This document shows positions 18,809-29,859 of a DNA stretch of 40,406 bases, in pieces. Made by a program: the position numbers and the translations under genes. The notes beneath the pieces are model-generated. The model did no database searches. It had not been told where the DNA came from and saw nothing but the letters and a program-made list of their open reading frames with translations. Every line of letters begins with the position of its first letter. Within the stretch, counting starts at the first letter, position 1. Source of the stretch: Pelolinea sp. Lineage in GTDB: Bacteria; Chloroflexota; Anaerolineae; Anaerolineales; Anaerolineaceae. The stretch covers positions 1 through 40,406 of the forward strand of contig JAUSPC010000063.1 in assembly GCA_030655835.1 (NCBI GenBank), written 5' to 3'.

Positions 18809-19344
18809 TAAGCTTGGCAGTGTTATTTTATATTTTTATTTTTGTTTTTGCTCTCATTGGTGCGATCCGAGGATGGGCAAAGGAAGTAATTGCAACTTTT
18901 AGTGTGTTTTTAGGTTTATATATCATTACCGTTCTACAATCATACGTGCCAGCAGTTGAGGCATACTTAGAGAACAGTCCAATCACCACCCAAATTGGCT
19001 TTAGATCCATCGTGTTAGGGTTGATCGTTTTTTGTGGGTATCAAACTCCCAATCTACCGATGTTTGGGCAAAATCAACATTTCCGTCGTGACAGAATGCA
19101 AGACCTTATCCTTGGATTCATGATCGGGGCAGTAAACGGATTTATGATCTTTGGATCGATCTGGTATTTTATTCACCAGGCCAACTACCCATATTCATTT
19201 ATGTTTGCACCAATTGCGGGAACTCCCGCGGGTGAAGCCGCGCTGCAGTTGATACAACTCCTTCCCCCAACCTGGCTGGTGACCCCATTTATTTATTTCG
19301 CAATCGCCTTGTCGTTTATGTTTGTACTGGTGGTGTTTATATAA
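18805..19344 (+). CDS. CvpA-like membrane protein
   Basis: Hydrophobic, 4-5 TM segments. N-terminal GAIRGWAKE and later DLILGFMIGAVNG resemble the CvpA (colicin V production) family patterns GxxRG..E and DRxLGxxxG. Confidence 0.65.
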   Translation: MISLAVLFYIFIFVFALIGAIRGWAKEVIATFSVFLGLYIITVLQSYVPAVEAYLENSPITTQIGFRSIVLGLIVFCGYQTPNLPMFGQNQHFRRDRMQDLILGFMIGAVNGFMIFGSIWYFIHQANYPYSFMFAPIAGTPAGEAALQLIQLLPPTWLVTPFIYFAIALSFMFVLVVFI

Positions 19345-20732
19345 TGACGCATTATCACTTGATTGGAATTGGCGGCACAGGTTTATCAGCCATTGCCCGT
19401 GTGCTTTTTGAAAGAGGAAACACGGTGAGTGGATCTGATATGCTGCTGTCACCTCTGGCACAAGAACTAATGAACCTTGGAATTCCTGTCAGCATTGGAC
19501 ATGAGGCGAAAAATATATTGGGAGCTGATCTAATCATCCGTTCTTCAGCAATACCTGACAGCAACCCAGAAATTGCTGCAGCTCTTGAGACAAATATTCC
19601 TATTCTTAAAAGAAGAGAGTTTTTATCAGAATTAACAACAGGTTCTATTGTGATTTCGATTGCCGGAACACATGGAAAAACAACCACTTCATCTATGATC
19701 GCATGGTGTTTATCAGAATTAGGCGCCGATCCGTCTTATGTGATCGGAGGTACTGTAAAGAATCTTGCCAGCAACGCCCATGCAGGGAAAGGAAAATATT
19801 TTGTCATTGAAGCGGATGAATATGATCGTATGTTCCTCGGCCTCGATCCCGATGTACTTGTAATTACAAATATTGAATACGACCACCCTGACTGCTTCCC
19901 CACTGAGGAAAAATATTTCGATGCATTCCACGAATTAACAGAGAAAATAAAACCCGGCGGAACGCTCATCGCTTGCGCCGATCATCCAGGTGTTGTTCAA
20001 TTATTGAAACAAATAGGCGAGAAACAGAAAACTGTTACATATGGGACAATCGAAGAATGCAATTATAGAATCGAAGATTTGACGCATACACCAGGTTTCG
20101 GGGTTGCTTTTTCCTTAAATTATCCGATTATAGAGGCGAAAGAAAAATCTAACGATCGGATAAGCCTCCCCATTCCAGGTACTCATAATGCATTTAATGC
20201 CGCTGCTGCGATAGCAGTGATCAAAACTATCGGACTCTCAACTCAAAATGCAATTCACGCTTTGGAAAAATTCAAAGGAACCGGGAGAAGGTTTGATATC
20301 CTCGGTATTGCTGCGGGAATTACCATAGTTGACGACTATGCGCATCATCCAACCGAGATCCAGGCAACTATCTCCGCTGCGCGCTGCCGTTACCCGGATA
20401 GGCGTATTTGGACAGTTTGGCAGCCGCACACATACAGCCGCACAAAAGAATTGTTTGATGACTTTATTGTGTCCTTTAATGAGAGTGATCACGTAATTGT
20501 CACAGAAATTTACGCATCGCGTGAAAAGGAAAATTCCTTCTCATCAACTAAAGTCGTTGAAAGCATGGATCATCCAGATGTTTGTTATATTGCCCATTTA
20601 AAAGATGTCACTGAGTTTCTTAAGAAAAAGTTGAAAGATGGAGATATATTATTGGTCCTTTCGGCTGGTGATGCAAACAGAATTAGTCAGGAAATGCTGA
20701 ATTATTTTATAGATCAAGAGGTAGCCCTATGA
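19344..20732 (+). CDS. murC: UDP-N-acetylmuramate--L-alanine ligase MurC
   Basis: HLIGIGGTGLS, VSGSD, AGTHGKTTTS, EADEYD, NIEYDHPD, RRF, DDYAHHPTE, QPHTYSRT, GAGD-like SAGD. Confidence 0.96.
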   Translation: MTHYHLIGIGGTGLSAIARVLFERGNTVSGSDMLLSPLAQELMNLGIPVSIGHEAKNILGADLIIRSSAIPDSNPEIAAALETNIPILKRREFLSELTTGSIVISIAGTHGKTTTSSMIAWCLSELGADPSYVIGGTVKNLASNAHAGKGKYFVIEADEYDRMFLGLDPDVLVITNIEYDHPDCFPTEEKYFDAFHELTEKIKPGGTLIACADHPGVVQLLKQIGEKQKTVTYGTIEECNYRIEDLTHTPGFGVAFSLNYPIIEAKEKSNDRISLPIPGTHNAFNAAAAIAVIKTIGLSTQNAIHALEKFKGTGRRFDILGIAAGITIVDDYAHHPTEIQATISAARCRYPDRRIWTVWQPHTYSRTKELFDDFIVSFNESDHVIVTEIYASREKENSFSSTKVVESMDHPDVCYIAHLKDVTEFLKKKLKDGDILLVLSAGDANRISQEMLNYFIDQEVAL

Positions 20733-21703
20733 TCACCACCGAATCACTTGCAACTTTGCGCACTATTTTCGGATCAAAACTTCAGGAAAATGTACGGCTA
20801 TCAAATTTCACGACAATGAATGTTGGCGGCCCTGCAGCCGCGTTGATGATCGCACACAGTGCAGAACAACTCGCAGAGATGGTTTCCCAAATTTGGGATA
20901 TTGATCTACCTGTATATGTTTTAGGGGGAGGATCAAACCTCCTGATCAGCGACAAAGGGCTCCAGGCTGTGATTATCATCAACCATGCACATAATATAAA
21001 AATCAACACCCACACCCTTCCTCATACGATTTGGGCAGAGTCGGGAGCTCTTATGGTTAATCTCGGGAAAAAGCTCATTCTACGTGGATTAAGTGGAATG
21101 GAGTGGGCAGCCACGATTCCCGGCTCAGTTGGTGGAGCTGTTTATGGAAATGCTGGCGCCTTCGGAAAAGATACCTGTAAGGATCTCATTTCTGCCGACA
21201 TCCTTCATAAAGAACATGGTAGAGAAATTTGGGAATGCAGTCGTCTGGATTATACCTATCGTGCAAGCAGAATAAAACGCGATGATGAAAAAGCAGTCAT
21301 ATTATCAGCATTATTCCATGTTGAGCAAGGAGACGTAGAACAAATAAAGTCAAAAATCAGCGGATTCAGGTCAAGACGGGCACTGATACAACCTCCCGGC
21401 GCAAGTGTGGGTTCCGTGTTTCGGAATCCACCCGATGATTCTGCGGGAAGGTTGATCGAGGCAGCAGGATTGAAAGGCAAGAGAATTGGCGGAGCAGTCA
21501 TAAGCCCCAAACATGCAAACTTCATTATCAATGAAAGAGGTGCGTCTGCACAGAATATTTTTGACCTTTTATTGCTTGCAAGAAATACAGTTTCAGAGAA
21601 ATTCGGGGTCAATTTGATACCTGAGATCGAACTTTTAGGTGAATGGGATAACCTGCCCGAATTCTTTCGATCAGGAAAACAATCCACATTGGAGCAAAAG
21701 TGA
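20729..21703 (+). CDS. murB: UDP-N-acetylenolpyruvoylglucosamine reductase MurB
   Basis: VGGPA, LGGGSNLL, IPGSVGGAVYGNAGA, YRAS, QP..ASVGSVFRNP, AGRLIEAAGLKG, HANFIIN. Confidence 0.96.
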   Translation: MITTESLATLRTIFGSKLQENVRLSNFTTMNVGGPAAALMIAHSAEQLAEMVSQIWDIDLPVYVLGGGSNLLISDKGLQAVIIINHAHNIKINTHTLPHTIWAESGALMVNLGKKLILRGLSGMEWAATIPGSVGGAVYGNAGAFGKDTCKDLISADILHKEHGREIWECSRLDYTYRASRIKRDDEKAVILSALFHVEQGDVEQIKSKISGFRSRRALIQPPGASVGSVFRNPPDDSAGRLIEAAGLKGKRIGGAVISPKHANFIINERGASAQNIFDLLLLARNTVSEKFGVNLIPEIELLGEWDNLPEFFRSGKQSTLEQK

Positions 21704-22812
21704 AGACGAAGATCAAATTAGGTGTAATTTTCGGTGGGCGTTCAGGCGAACATGAAGTGTCTCTGATGTCAGCCCGCTCCGTGTTATCGGTGCTTGATGT
21801 TGAGAAATACGACATCACGCAAATTGGCATTGACCATGAAGGAAAGTGGTGGTCTGGGCCAAACACTTTAGAAGCATTAGAAAAAGGATCCATCGGCAAT
21901 TTGTCTCGCGTTTTCTTGCTTCCTGAACCAGGTAAAACGGTTTTGTATAAAAGAGAAAACAACGGAGAGGTTGAATCAATTCAACCCCTTCAAGAATTAG
22001 ATGTGATTTTCCCTGTTTTGCATGGAACATTTGGGGAAGATGGAACGCTTCAGGGATTTTTTGAAATGGCTGACATCGCCTATGTCGGCGCGGGAGTATT
22101 GGGATCATCCGTCGGGATGGATAAAAGTGTTTTCAAAGATGTTATGCGTTCAAACGAAATACCTGTGGTTGATTGGATCACATGCACTCGCAAAGATGTA
22201 GAAAATGATATTCAAACGATCATCGAAAAATGTGAATCGCAGCTCTCCTACCCTCTTTTTGTAAAACCCGCCAATTTAGGGTCTTCTGTGGGTATCACAA
22301 AGGTAAAAAATCGGTCAGATCTTCTCGAAGGCATAATGGAAGCTGCTCGGTATGACCGCAGAATTCTCATTGAACGTGGGGTCAATGCACGTGAAATTGA
22401 AGTAAGTGTTATTGGAAATGAAGATTGTCGCGCGTCCATACCAGGAGAGATAAACCCATCCGATGAGTTTTATAGCTACAACGCGAAGTATCACGACGGG
22501 GATTCGGAATTATATATTCCAGCACCTATTCCAGAGGAATTAACCAAACGCGTACAAGAATTGGCAGTGAAAACATACAAGGCAATAGATTGCGCTGGGT
22601 TATCACGCGTGGATTTCTTATTAGACAAAGATACAGATGAGCTTTTCATTAATGAGGTCAATACCATCCCCGGATTCACAACCATCAGTATGTACCCGAA
22701 GCTTTGGGATGCAGATGGACTTTCCTACTCAAAGTTGATCGATGAATTGATCGAATTGGCATTTGAGCGGAAAATGGAACGCAATAAGAGTAAAAGGAGT
22801 TTTGGAGACTAA
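21700..22812 (+). CDS. ddl: D-alanine--D-alanine ligase
   Basis: GTG start. FGGRSGEHEVSL.SA, LHGTFGEDG, KPANLGSSVGI, FYSYNAKY (Tyr, D-Ala-D-Ala type), RVDF, NEVNTIPG. Confidence 0.96.
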   Translation: MKTKIKLGVIFGGRSGEHEVSLMSARSVLSVLDVEKYDITQIGIDHEGKWWSGPNTLEALEKGSIGNLSRVFLLPEPGKTVLYKRENNGEVESIQPLQELDVIFPVLHGTFGEDGTLQGFFEMADIAYVGAGVLGSSVGMDKSVFKDVMRSNEIPVVDWITCTRKDVENDIQTIIEKCESQLSYPLFVKPANLGSSVGITKVKNRSDLLEGIMEAARYDRRILIERGVNAREIEVSVIGNEDCRASIPGEINPSDEFYSYNAKYHDGDSELYIPAPIPEELTKRVQELAVKTYKAIDCAGLSRVDFLLDKDTDELFINEVNTIPGFTTISMYPKLWDADGLSYSKLIDELIELAFERKMERNKSKRSFGD

Positions 22813-22817
22813 GAAAA

Positions 22818-23801
22818 ATGGAAGAGTATCAATCACACAGGCGTTCTGAAAAAATACGCCACAGGCTCAACGAAGAAAGCAAAACTACGATCAACCGGGC
22901 TTCAACCCGTATATCTGATCCTGGTCAAGCTTCCCTACCTGAACAGCTTGGAGGATCCTCTTCTCCTGAATCATATATTCTCAAACAAGCAAAAAAAGCA
23001 AACGGTTTTTTTAGGATTGGGTGGCGACTTCTAAGTTTTCTAATCATTTGTGCTTGTTCAATTGCCCTCCTTACCGCTTGGCGCTCACCACAGTATGAGG
23101 TTTCATCTGTTCAGATCAAAGGATTGAGCCGTTTATCAGAGGATGAAGTGCTAGATACACTGAATATTTATGGGAAGCATATCTTCGCGCTGGAAAAGAG
23201 TTCGGTGATTGAGCCACTGATCCGGGAATTTCCCGAACTCAGAGATATCCGGGTTGAGTTTTCTCTCCCTGCCACGGTTTTTCTAAATGTCAAAGAAAGA
23301 CAACCAATGATCGCCTGGCAGACAACCGATTTACAAATTTGGATCGACTCTGAAGGATATTTAATTCCTGCTCGCGGCGAAACGGAACAGATGCTGACCA
23401 TTCAAGCAAACGCAATGCCTGCATATCGAATCTTAGTTTACGAAGATATTGAAAACATTGAGAACGTTATCCGCGATAAACCACAAATCAAAGATGAGAG
23501 TGGTGATCAAACTTTCTTCTCCTATCCCAAACAGATCGACGGCAATCTACTGACAGCAATTTTGCAGCTGAATGCCTGGATGCCTGGCGAATCGGTACTG
23601 CTGTACCAGGAAAAGCGGGGTATTGGATGGAAAGATGTACGTGGATGGGACGTATTTATTGGAAGTAAATTAGAAAATATAAATGACAAAATGGTGATGT
23701 ATGAGACCATTGTACGAGAATTGGAAAAGCAGGGCATTCAACCTAGCATGGTAAGCGTGGAATTTTTACACGCCCCTTATTACAGACTGGACGAAAAATG
23801 A
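22818..23801 (+). CDS. ftsQ: FtsQ/DivIB-type POTRA-domain cell division protein
   Basis: Single TM, then POTRA-like VQIKGLSRLSEDEV...LPATVFLNVKERQP. Located between ddl and ftsA. Confidence 0.8.
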   Translation: MEEYQSHRRSEKIRHRLNEESKTTINRASTRISDPGQASLPEQLGGSSSPESYILKQAKKANGFFRIGWRLLSFLIICACSIALLTAWRSPQYEVSSVQIKGLSRLSEDEVLDTLNIYGKHIFALEKSSVIEPLIREFPELRDIRVEFSLPATVFLNVKERQPMIAWQTTDLQIWIDSEGYLIPARGETEQMLTIQANAMPAYRILVYEDIENIENVIRDKPQIKDESGDQTFFSYPKQIDGNLLTAILQLNAWMPGESVLLYQEKRGIGWKDVRGWDVFIGSKLENINDKMVMYETIVRELEKQGIQPSMVSVEFLHAPYYRLDEK

Positions 23802-25030
23802 TAGAAGACAGAATAATAGTTGGCATAGACATAGGAACAACCAAAATCTGCACCCTCGTAGCCCGGGTCGAAGATGATGACACCTTTCGCATAATGGGCG
23901 TTGGGATTGAACCATCTCGCGGGATGAAACGCGGTGTGATGGTAAATCTCGAGGAAGCTGCCACAGCTATTGCACGCTCAGTTGAGAAAGCCCAGCGATC
24001 TTCTGGTTATGAGATCCGTTCTGCATGGGTTAGTCTTGCTGGTTCTCATGTATCTTCAATCAACAGCAAAGGAACCGCAGGAGTAAACGGCGGGATCGTT
24101 CGTGAAACAGATGTCCATCGAGCTTTAGAAGCCGCACAGTCAGTGGCTATCCCCCATAATCGTGAAATAATTCACGTTATCCAGCGCGGTTTTAATATCG
24201 ACGGCCAAAACGGAATCAATCAACCAGTCGGAATGCATGGATATCGCCTGGAGGTCGAAGCACACATCATTACAGCTGCTGAAACAACAGTTGAAAATAT
24301 CCGCAAAGCAGCTGAAGCTGCTGGCATCAAAGTCATTCAATTTGTCCTCAATCCCCTTGCTTCCGGGGAAGTTGTGCTCACGGAAACAGAACGCCAGCTC
24401 GGTGTTTTGGTATGTGATATCGGTGGCGGCACAACTGATTTGGCGATCTATATCAACAGCGATATATGGCACACAATGGTAATTTCCGTTGGCGGAAGCC
24501 TGATCACCTCAGATATTGCCCATGGTTTAAGACTTTCATTAAACCAGGCAGAAGAGATCAAGAAAAAATACGGTCACGCGCTGTCAGATGAAGTCGGGTC
24601 GGAAGAATTATTCAGTGTACGCGCATTTGGTGAAGATAACCCTGTTCAAATGAACCGCCGCGACCTTGCCTTCATTGTTGAAGCACGCGTGGAAGAGATC
24701 TTTCGGTTTGTATTACAGGAAATTAAAAGATCAGGATATGACGGCTTAATGCCGGCAGGAGTAGTTCTTACTGGAGGCACGAGTTTACTCCCGGGAATCC
24801 GTAAATTAGGCGCTGACGTACTCGACCTGCCAGTACGCGTTGCTCAGCCAGAAAATCTTTATGGTTTGGTTGACCAGCTTTATTCACCCGCTTATTCCAC
24901 AAGCGTCGGATTGCTTCATTGGGCACTCTTGATGGAAGAAGCGGTAGAGCCCAAAGCATCTAAGGCACCGCCATTGCCTAATGATCTTTGGGAAAAATTT
25001 AGGGATTTTGCCAAACAGCTTTTACCTTAG
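23798..25030 (+). CDS. ftsA: Cell division protein FtsA
   Basis: [46 protein letters not shown]-terminal amphipathic helix. Confidence 0.97.
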   Translation: MIEDRIIVGIDIGTTKICTLVARVEDDDTFRIMGVGIEPSRGMKRGVMVNLEEAATAIARSVEKAQRSSGYEIRSAWVSLAGSHVSSINSKGTAGVNGGIVRETDVHRALEAAQSVAIPHNREIIHVIQRGFNIDGQNGINQPVGMHGYRLEVEAHIITAAETTVENIRKAAEAAGIKVIQFVLNPLASGEVVLTETERQLGVLVCDIGGGTTDLAIYINSDIWHTMVISVGGSLITSDIAHGLRLSLNQAEEIKKKYGHALSDEVGSEELFSVRAFGEDNPVQMNRRDLAFIVEARVEEIFRFVLQEIKRSGYDGLMPAGVVLTGGTSLLPGIRKLGADVLDLPVRVAQPENLYGLVDQLYSPAYSTSVGLLHWALLMEEAVEPKASKAPPLPNDLWEKFRDFAKQLLP

Positions 25031-25083
25031 GCAAAATTATTATTTATTGGAACAGTTATTGCATTATTAGAATGGAGGAGAAA

Positions 25084-26226
25084 ATGGATTACAACAAACA
25101 ACCACAAGCAGAAACATTCGCCCGTATAAAGGTAGTTGGTGTCGGCGGCGGCGGCTGCAATGCCGTCAACCGAATGATTGCCGAGGGCATCCAGGGAATT
25201 GAGTTCGTTGCCGTAAACACAGACGCGCAAGCGCTGACCAGTTCCTTGGCGCCAACCCGTGTCCGCATTGGTGAAAAGGTCACACGCGGGCTGGGTGCTG
25301 GAGGCATACCAGAGATAGGCCAAAAGGCGGCTGAAGAAAGCGCTGATGATCTATACAACGTCCTCAAAGGCAGCGATATGGTCTTCATCACTGCTGGAAT
25401 GGGAGGCGGAACTGGCACTGGCGCAGCATCTGTAATTTCTCAGATCGCACATGAGATCAACGCCCTCACCATTGGAGTTGTTACCCGTCCCTTCACTTTT
25501 GAGGGAGCACGGCGCATGCAGTCTGCTGAGATTGGAATCCAAAATCTCAAGAAACAAGCAGATACATTGATCGTTATTCCTAACGACAGACTGCTGCAGA
25601 TTGTTGACAAGAAAGCTTCCCTTCAGGACGCGTTCAAGGTCGCTGACGATGTCCTCCTTCAGGGTATTCAGGGTATATCCGAACTTATCACAGTACCCGG
25701 CCTGATCAACCTTGACTTTGCTGATGTGCGCACCATCATGTCCGAAGGCGGTGCTGCTCTAATGGCTGTTGGAAGGGCATCCGGCGAAGACCGTGCCCGC
25801 AAAGCCGCTGAGATGGCTGTCTCCAGCCAACTGCTAGATATAACCATTGATGGCGCACGCGGTATCCTATTTAATGTGTCTGGCGACGAAAGCCTTACTC
25901 TTATGGAAGTCAATGACGCTGCGGCAATAATCAAAGAGACAGCACATCCAGACGTGAACCTCATCTTTGGCGCTGTGATCAACCCAGACCTTGGAGATGA
26001 GATTCGCCTGACAGTCATTGCAACTGGGTTCGATTCGACCAGCATGCGCAACCGTATGGGCCGAACCCGTTTTACTGAGACAATGAATAAGGCAGCAGAA
26101 GCATCTAATAAAACGAAGGATAAGGAGAATCCCGTCAGGCGTGATTTCGCGGAATTCGGCTCTCAGCTCTACAACACAGATGAGATCGAAGTACCTGCGT
26201 ATTTACGTAATAGACTTCAGAAATAA
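25084..26226 (+). CDS. ftsZ: Cell division protein FtsZ
   Basis: [14 protein letters not shown], tubulin motif GGGTGTG, INLDFAD, C-terminal peptide EVPAYLR. SD GGAGGAG favours ATG 25084. Confidence 0.98.
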   Translation: MDYNKQPQAETFARIKVVGVGGGGCNAVNRMIAEGIQGIEFVAVNTDAQALTSSLAPTRVRIGEKVTRGLGAGGIPEIGQKAAEESADDLYNVLKGSDMVFITAGMGGGTGTGAASVISQIAHEINALTIGVVTRPFTFEGARRMQSAEIGIQNLKKQADTLIVIPNDRLLQIVDKKASLQDAFKVADDVLLQGIQGISELITVPGLINLDFADVRTIMSEGGAALMAVGRASGEDRARKAAEMAVSSQLLDITIDGARGILFNVSGDESLTLMEVNDAAAIIKETAHPDVNLIFGAVINPDLGDEIRLTVIATGFDSTSMRNRMGRTRFTETMNKAAEASNKTKDKENPVRRDFAEFGSQLYNTDEIEVPAYLRNRLQK

Positions 26227-26257
26227 AACAAAAACACTCGAGTTTTCTCCTTATGTG

Positions 26258-26304
26258 TGGGGTATGGGTATCTCTGCCTGCCCATACCCCATCAAGTATT
26301 TTTC
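26258..26304 (+). terminator. Stem-loop after ftsZ, probable dcw terminator
   Basis: TGGGGTATGGGTA (26258-26270) pairs with TGCCCATACCCCA (26279-26291) around an 8-nt loop. T-rich tract a few nt downstream. Confidence 0.55.
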
Positions 26305-26352
26305 TCTAATATTAAATTTTTCAATTTTTTAAGGATTTCTGTTTCATTTTGC

Positions 26353-26381
26353 TTGATTACAGAAATCCACTGTGCTATACT
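26353..26381 (+). promoter_or_regulatory. Sigma70 promoter (extended -10) of nrdR-nrdJ
   Basis: TTGATT (26353-26358), 17 nt, TATACT (26376-26381), with TG at 26373-26374. Confidence 0.65.
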
Positions 26382-26414
26382 GATGCACAAATAAGGCGAT
26401 TATACCTACATCCC

Positions 26415-26430
26415 CCCCCAGATATGGGGG
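26415..26430. promoter_or_regulatory. NrdR box
   Basis: CCCCCAGATATGGGGG, a 16-bp quasi-palindrome matching the conserved core C-x-A-x-ATAT-x-G of NrdR boxes, upstream of nrdR-nrdJ. Confidence 0.6.
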
Positions 26431-26505
26431 TTTTCAATCAAAATCCCACATCGCACATTCATTTGAAAAGGGAGAGGATTTTCGCTATCAGTTTGGAGGA
26501 ATTTT

Positions 26506-26964
26506 ATGCGCTGTCCACATTGCGAAAGTGAGAACACAAAAGTAATTGATACCACCCATGATTCAAAAGGCGGAATCAGGCGGCGGCGGGAATGTGAAGA
26601 TTGCGAGCAACGCTTTTCGACGTATGAAAGAGCCATTCTTTCCACTCCAATGATCATTAAAAGAGATGATATGCGCGAGGAGTTCAATCGAGAAAAATTA
26701 ATTCGCGGCATCCGCATCGCCTGCGCCAAAAGACCTGTTCCAGCTGCGGAAATTGAACGGTTAGCCGGTGAAGTTGAATCCAAATTGCAGAAGATGAGCA
26801 AACTGGAAATTCCCTCTCGTGTGATCGGAGATCTTGTCATTAATGGGCTTCGAGACCTGGATAAGATCGCCTATATCCGCTACGCGATCGTATATTTACC
26901 CTTAAACAATATGAACGACATTTTAGATGAAATCAATCGTCTACTCATCACTGAAGGAGAATGA
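26506..26964 (+). CDS. nrdR: Transcriptional repressor NrdR
   Basis: MRCPHC..KVID...[16 protein letters not shown] zinc ribbon, ATP cone, AYIRYA.VY. SD GGAGG. Confidence 0.97.
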   Translation: MRCPHCESENTKVIDTTHDSKGGIRRRRECEDCEQRFSTYERAILSTPMIIKRDDMREEFNREKLIRGIRIACAKRPVPAAEIERLAGEVESKLQKMSKLEIPSRVIGDLVINGLRDLDKIAYIRYAIVYLPLNNMNDILDEINRLLITEGE

Positions 26965-29606
26965 ACATGGCACATGCCATTAACACCACCCAGGGTAAAA
27001 TGCTCTCAACACCGCCTTTGCCTGATGAACTCCCTCAGGTTGAGTTAAGTGAGAATTCATACCAGGTACTCACCCGCCGCTATATCAGAAAGGGTGTTAA
27101 TGGCGAACTTATTGAAACTCCAGAAGAGATGTTCTGGCGGGTGGCCTACCACGTGGCAAAGATTGAAGAAAAATGGGATGTGGATATAACTGCAAGTGCA
27201 ACTGATTTTTATAAGCTGTTAGCGAACAAAAGGTTTCTCCCCAATTCTCCCACATTCACCGGTGCCGGTACACCGCTTGGACAACTGGCCGCATGTTTCG
27301 TCTTGCCCATCTCAGATGACATGGGGCGCAGGTCTGATGGAATTTTTCAAACCCTGCGTGATGCAGCGCTTATCCAACAAACCGGCGGCGGAAATGGGTT
27401 TGCGTTTTCTTCTTTACGTCCCAGTGGGTCAATCGTTAAAGCATCTTCCGGTAAAGCAACTGGTCCGATCGGTTTTTTGCGTGTGTATGATAATGCGTTT
27501 GGAGAAATAGCCCAGGGTGGGACCAGACGTGGGGCGAACATGGCTGTTCTGCGTGTAGATCATCCGGACATCGAAGAATTCATTCAGTGTAAAACGAATG
27601 AAAACGCGATCACTAACTTCAATATTTCCGTAGGTATTACAGATGCGTTTATGGAGGCTGTTGAAAACGATGCCCCCTGGGATTTGCGATTTCCCGATGT
27701 AAACCATCCATCTTATCGCGAATTTTCCGGTACTTTGGAAGAAGCTGAAGAAGCAGGTATTCCAATCATCACCCATCGAACAGTTAACGCACGGGAACTC
27801 TTCAACTTAATAGTTCGGCAGGCGCATCACAACGGTGAACCGGGACTGCTCTTCCTTGACGCGGCAAATCGCAGCAACCCGCTCCCCCATCTTTATCGCC
27901 TTCGGTCCACCAACCCATGCGGAGAACAATGGTTAGGACCTTATGAAAATTGCTGCCTTGGCTCGATCAACCTTTCAAAATATTGCATTGATACGAATGG
28001 TGTAAATTGGCACCAGTTAGCCAAGGACGTCCATTTGGCGACCCGCTTCCTTGATGATGTGGTTGATGCAAATGCCTATGTACCGGCAGTTCCGCAGCTA
28101 AAAGAAAGTGCCTTGCGTGCGCGCCGGCTCGGATTGGGAATTATGGGTTTAGCAGATATCATGTTCCGAAGCGGAGTACGTTATGGATCTCCTCAAGGGC
28201 AGGCATTCGCCGGACAGATCATGGAATTCGTCCGCTTTCATGCGATGCAGGAAAGCATTGAGCTCGCAAAAGAACGCGGACCTTTCCCAGCGATCATCGG
28301 CAGCATCTATGATCCAAAAGATCTAAAATGGCAGCCACCGCAAAAAAATAGTGCCGTTGACGGTGATTTCGGGCGTCCGACTTTAGATTGGGCTGTTATA
28401 GAGAATGGGATCAAGGCGCATGGACTGCGAAATGCTGCGCAGACAACGATCGCACCCACAGGAACAATCGGTACAGTTGCCAGTTGTGAAGGATATGGCT
28501 GCGAACCGGTATTCGCGCTTGCATACACCCGTCACGTGGATGACGACGGCCAAGATCTCGAACTAACCTATGCCTCACCGCTTTTCGATGAAGCATTGAT
28601 CAATGCAGGACTTGACGAAGATCAGCGTCAATTGATCATTGAGAATGTCATGAGCGCCGGTTCATGTCAGGGAATTGATGAGATCCCAGAGGAGATCAGA
28701 CGAGTATTTGTCGTATCCATGGATGTCTCCGCTGAAGAACATGTTCGCATGCAGTCTGCCTTGCAGGCATTTGTGGATAATTCGATCTCCAAAACGATCA
28801 ACTTCTCCCAGGATGCGCGAGCTGAAGATATTGCTTCCGCCTACCTCCTGGCTTGGAAGCAGGGCTGCAAGGGTATCACTGTATATGTAACAGGATCCCG
28901 CGAACAGGAAGTGCTTCAAACACATTCTCAAAGTGCCGAGAATGTGCGCGAGATGGTCACTCCCTCTTCGCCAGAAACGAATGTTCCGATCTGGATCAAA
29001 GAGTCCGACGTGGAAGACCCACTGTTCGCACATCGCACAAAAAAACCACGCCCGCGATTTCTTCCAGGATATACATTTGGTGTTGAAACCCCTGTCGGTA
29101 AAACTTTTGTTACCGTCAATGAGAATGGAAATTCACAACCGTTTGAAGTGTTTATCAACACGGCTAAAGCTGGTTCAGATGTGGCTGCGGATGGAGAAGC
29201 AATTGGGCGATTAATTTCTTACATCCTGCGTCTTTCATCTCCAGTTGAACCATCAGAGCGAATTCAGGAAGTTTGGCGTCAGCTATCTGGCCTTGGCGGC
29301 GGGCGACCGATGGGATTCGGACCCAACCGTGTCCGCTCTTTACCCGATGGATTGGCACAAGTGTTGGCAGAATATATTGAAAGCCGTGTAGATCGCCTCT
29401 CTCAGGGAGGTACACCGTCGGTAGATCAGCTTATGGAAGGGGAAAAACCCATTCCAGCAGATATTGGTGAAGAAGTGGATTGGCTGAAGAAGCGCGAAAT
29501 GTCCCCGATGCAGATCGGTGATCTTTGCCCGGAATGCGGGCAGGCTGCCTTGATAAATGAAGAGGGCTGCCGAAAATGCTATGCCTGCGGTTATAGCGAG
29601 TGTTAA
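26961..29606 (+). CDS. nrdJ: Adenosylcobalamin-dependent (class II) ribonucleoside-diphosphate reductase with fused TSCPD-like domain and C-terminal Zn ribbon
   Basis: [62 protein letters not shown]; [23 protein letters not shown]; [19 protein letters not shown]. Confidence 0.93.
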   Translation: MNMAHAINTTQGKMLSTPPLPDELPQVELSENSYQVLTRRYIRKGVNGELIETPEEMFWRVAYHVAKIEEKWDVDITASATDFYKLLANKRFLPNSPTFTGAGTPLGQLAACFVLPISDDMGRRSDGIFQTLRDAALIQQTGGGNGFAFSSLRPSGSIVKASSGKATGPIGFLRVYDNAFGEIAQGGTRRGANMAVLRVDHPDIEEFIQCKTNENAITNFNISVGITDAFMEAVENDAPWDLRFPDVNHPSYREFSGTLEEAEEAGIPIITHRTVNARELFNLIVRQAHHNGEPGLLFLDAANRSNPLPHLYRLRSTNPCGEQWLGPYENCCLGSINLSKYCIDTNGVNWHQLAKDVHLATRFLDDVVDANAYVPAVPQLKESALRARRLGLGIMGLADIMFRSGVRYGSPQGQAFAGQIMEFVRFHAMQESIELAKERGPFPAIIGSIYDPKDLKWQPPQKNSAVDGDFGRPTLDWAVIENGIKAHGLRNAAQTTIAPTGTIGTVASCEGYGCEPVFALAYTRHVDDDGQDLELTYASPLFDEALINAGLDEDQRQLIIENVMSAGSCQGIDEIPEEIRRVFVVSMDVSAEEHVRMQSALQAFVDNSISKTINFSQDARAEDIASAYLLAWKQGCKGITVYVTGSREQEVLQTHSQSAENVREMVTPSSPETNVPIWIKESDVEDPLFAHRTKKPRPRFLPGYTFGVETPVGKTFVTVNENGNSQPFEVFINTAKAGSDVAADGEAIGRLISYILRLSSPVEPSERIQEVWRQLSGLGGGRPMGFGPNRVRSLPDGLAQVLAEYIESRVDRLSQGGTPSVDQLMEGEKPIPADIGEEVDWLKKREMSPMQIGDLCPECGQAALINEEGCRKCYACGYSEC

Positions 29607-29676
29607 AATGAAAATTAGCCAACCAGATAATTAAATATTTTCATTATTCAGTTCTAAAAACGGGAAACAAACCAGC

Positions 29677-29709
29677 AGAAAGCTAAACCGATTTGGTTTA
29701 GTTTTCTTT
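29677..29709 (+). terminator. Hairpin downstream of nrdJ, probable terminator
   Basis: AGAAAGCTAAACC-GATTT-GGTTTAGTTTTCT (13 bp with one G-U pair), T-rich 3' side. Confidence 0.55.
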
Positions 29710-29859
29710 GTATCTTTTATAGAACCATTGAAAAATGATCATTATTAACATATTAATTCAACAAAAAGGAAAAACCATTTCAATTCCAAACAGATCGTGA
29801 AGTTGAATACTCAATCTCACCTGACTTATAATTAAATAAAATCAAACGAGGTATTGAAA

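Noticed and set aside
26227-26505. Cobalamin riboswitch upstream of the B12-dependent nrdJ operon
   Set aside because: The predicted leader is only about 120 nt and I could not find the B12-box or other conserved riboswitch elements.
25084-29606. Apparently higher GC in ftsZ and nrdJ than in flanking genes, as a sign of horizontal transfer
   Set aside because: Judged by eye only. Core genes in conserved order with no mobility signatures, so codon bias is a simpler explanation.
26961-29606. Intein or intron in the ribonucleotide reductase
   Set aside because: Catalytic motifs are contiguous, with no Hint/LAGLIDADG motifs or HN-C/S/T junction, and the length is accounted for by known domains.
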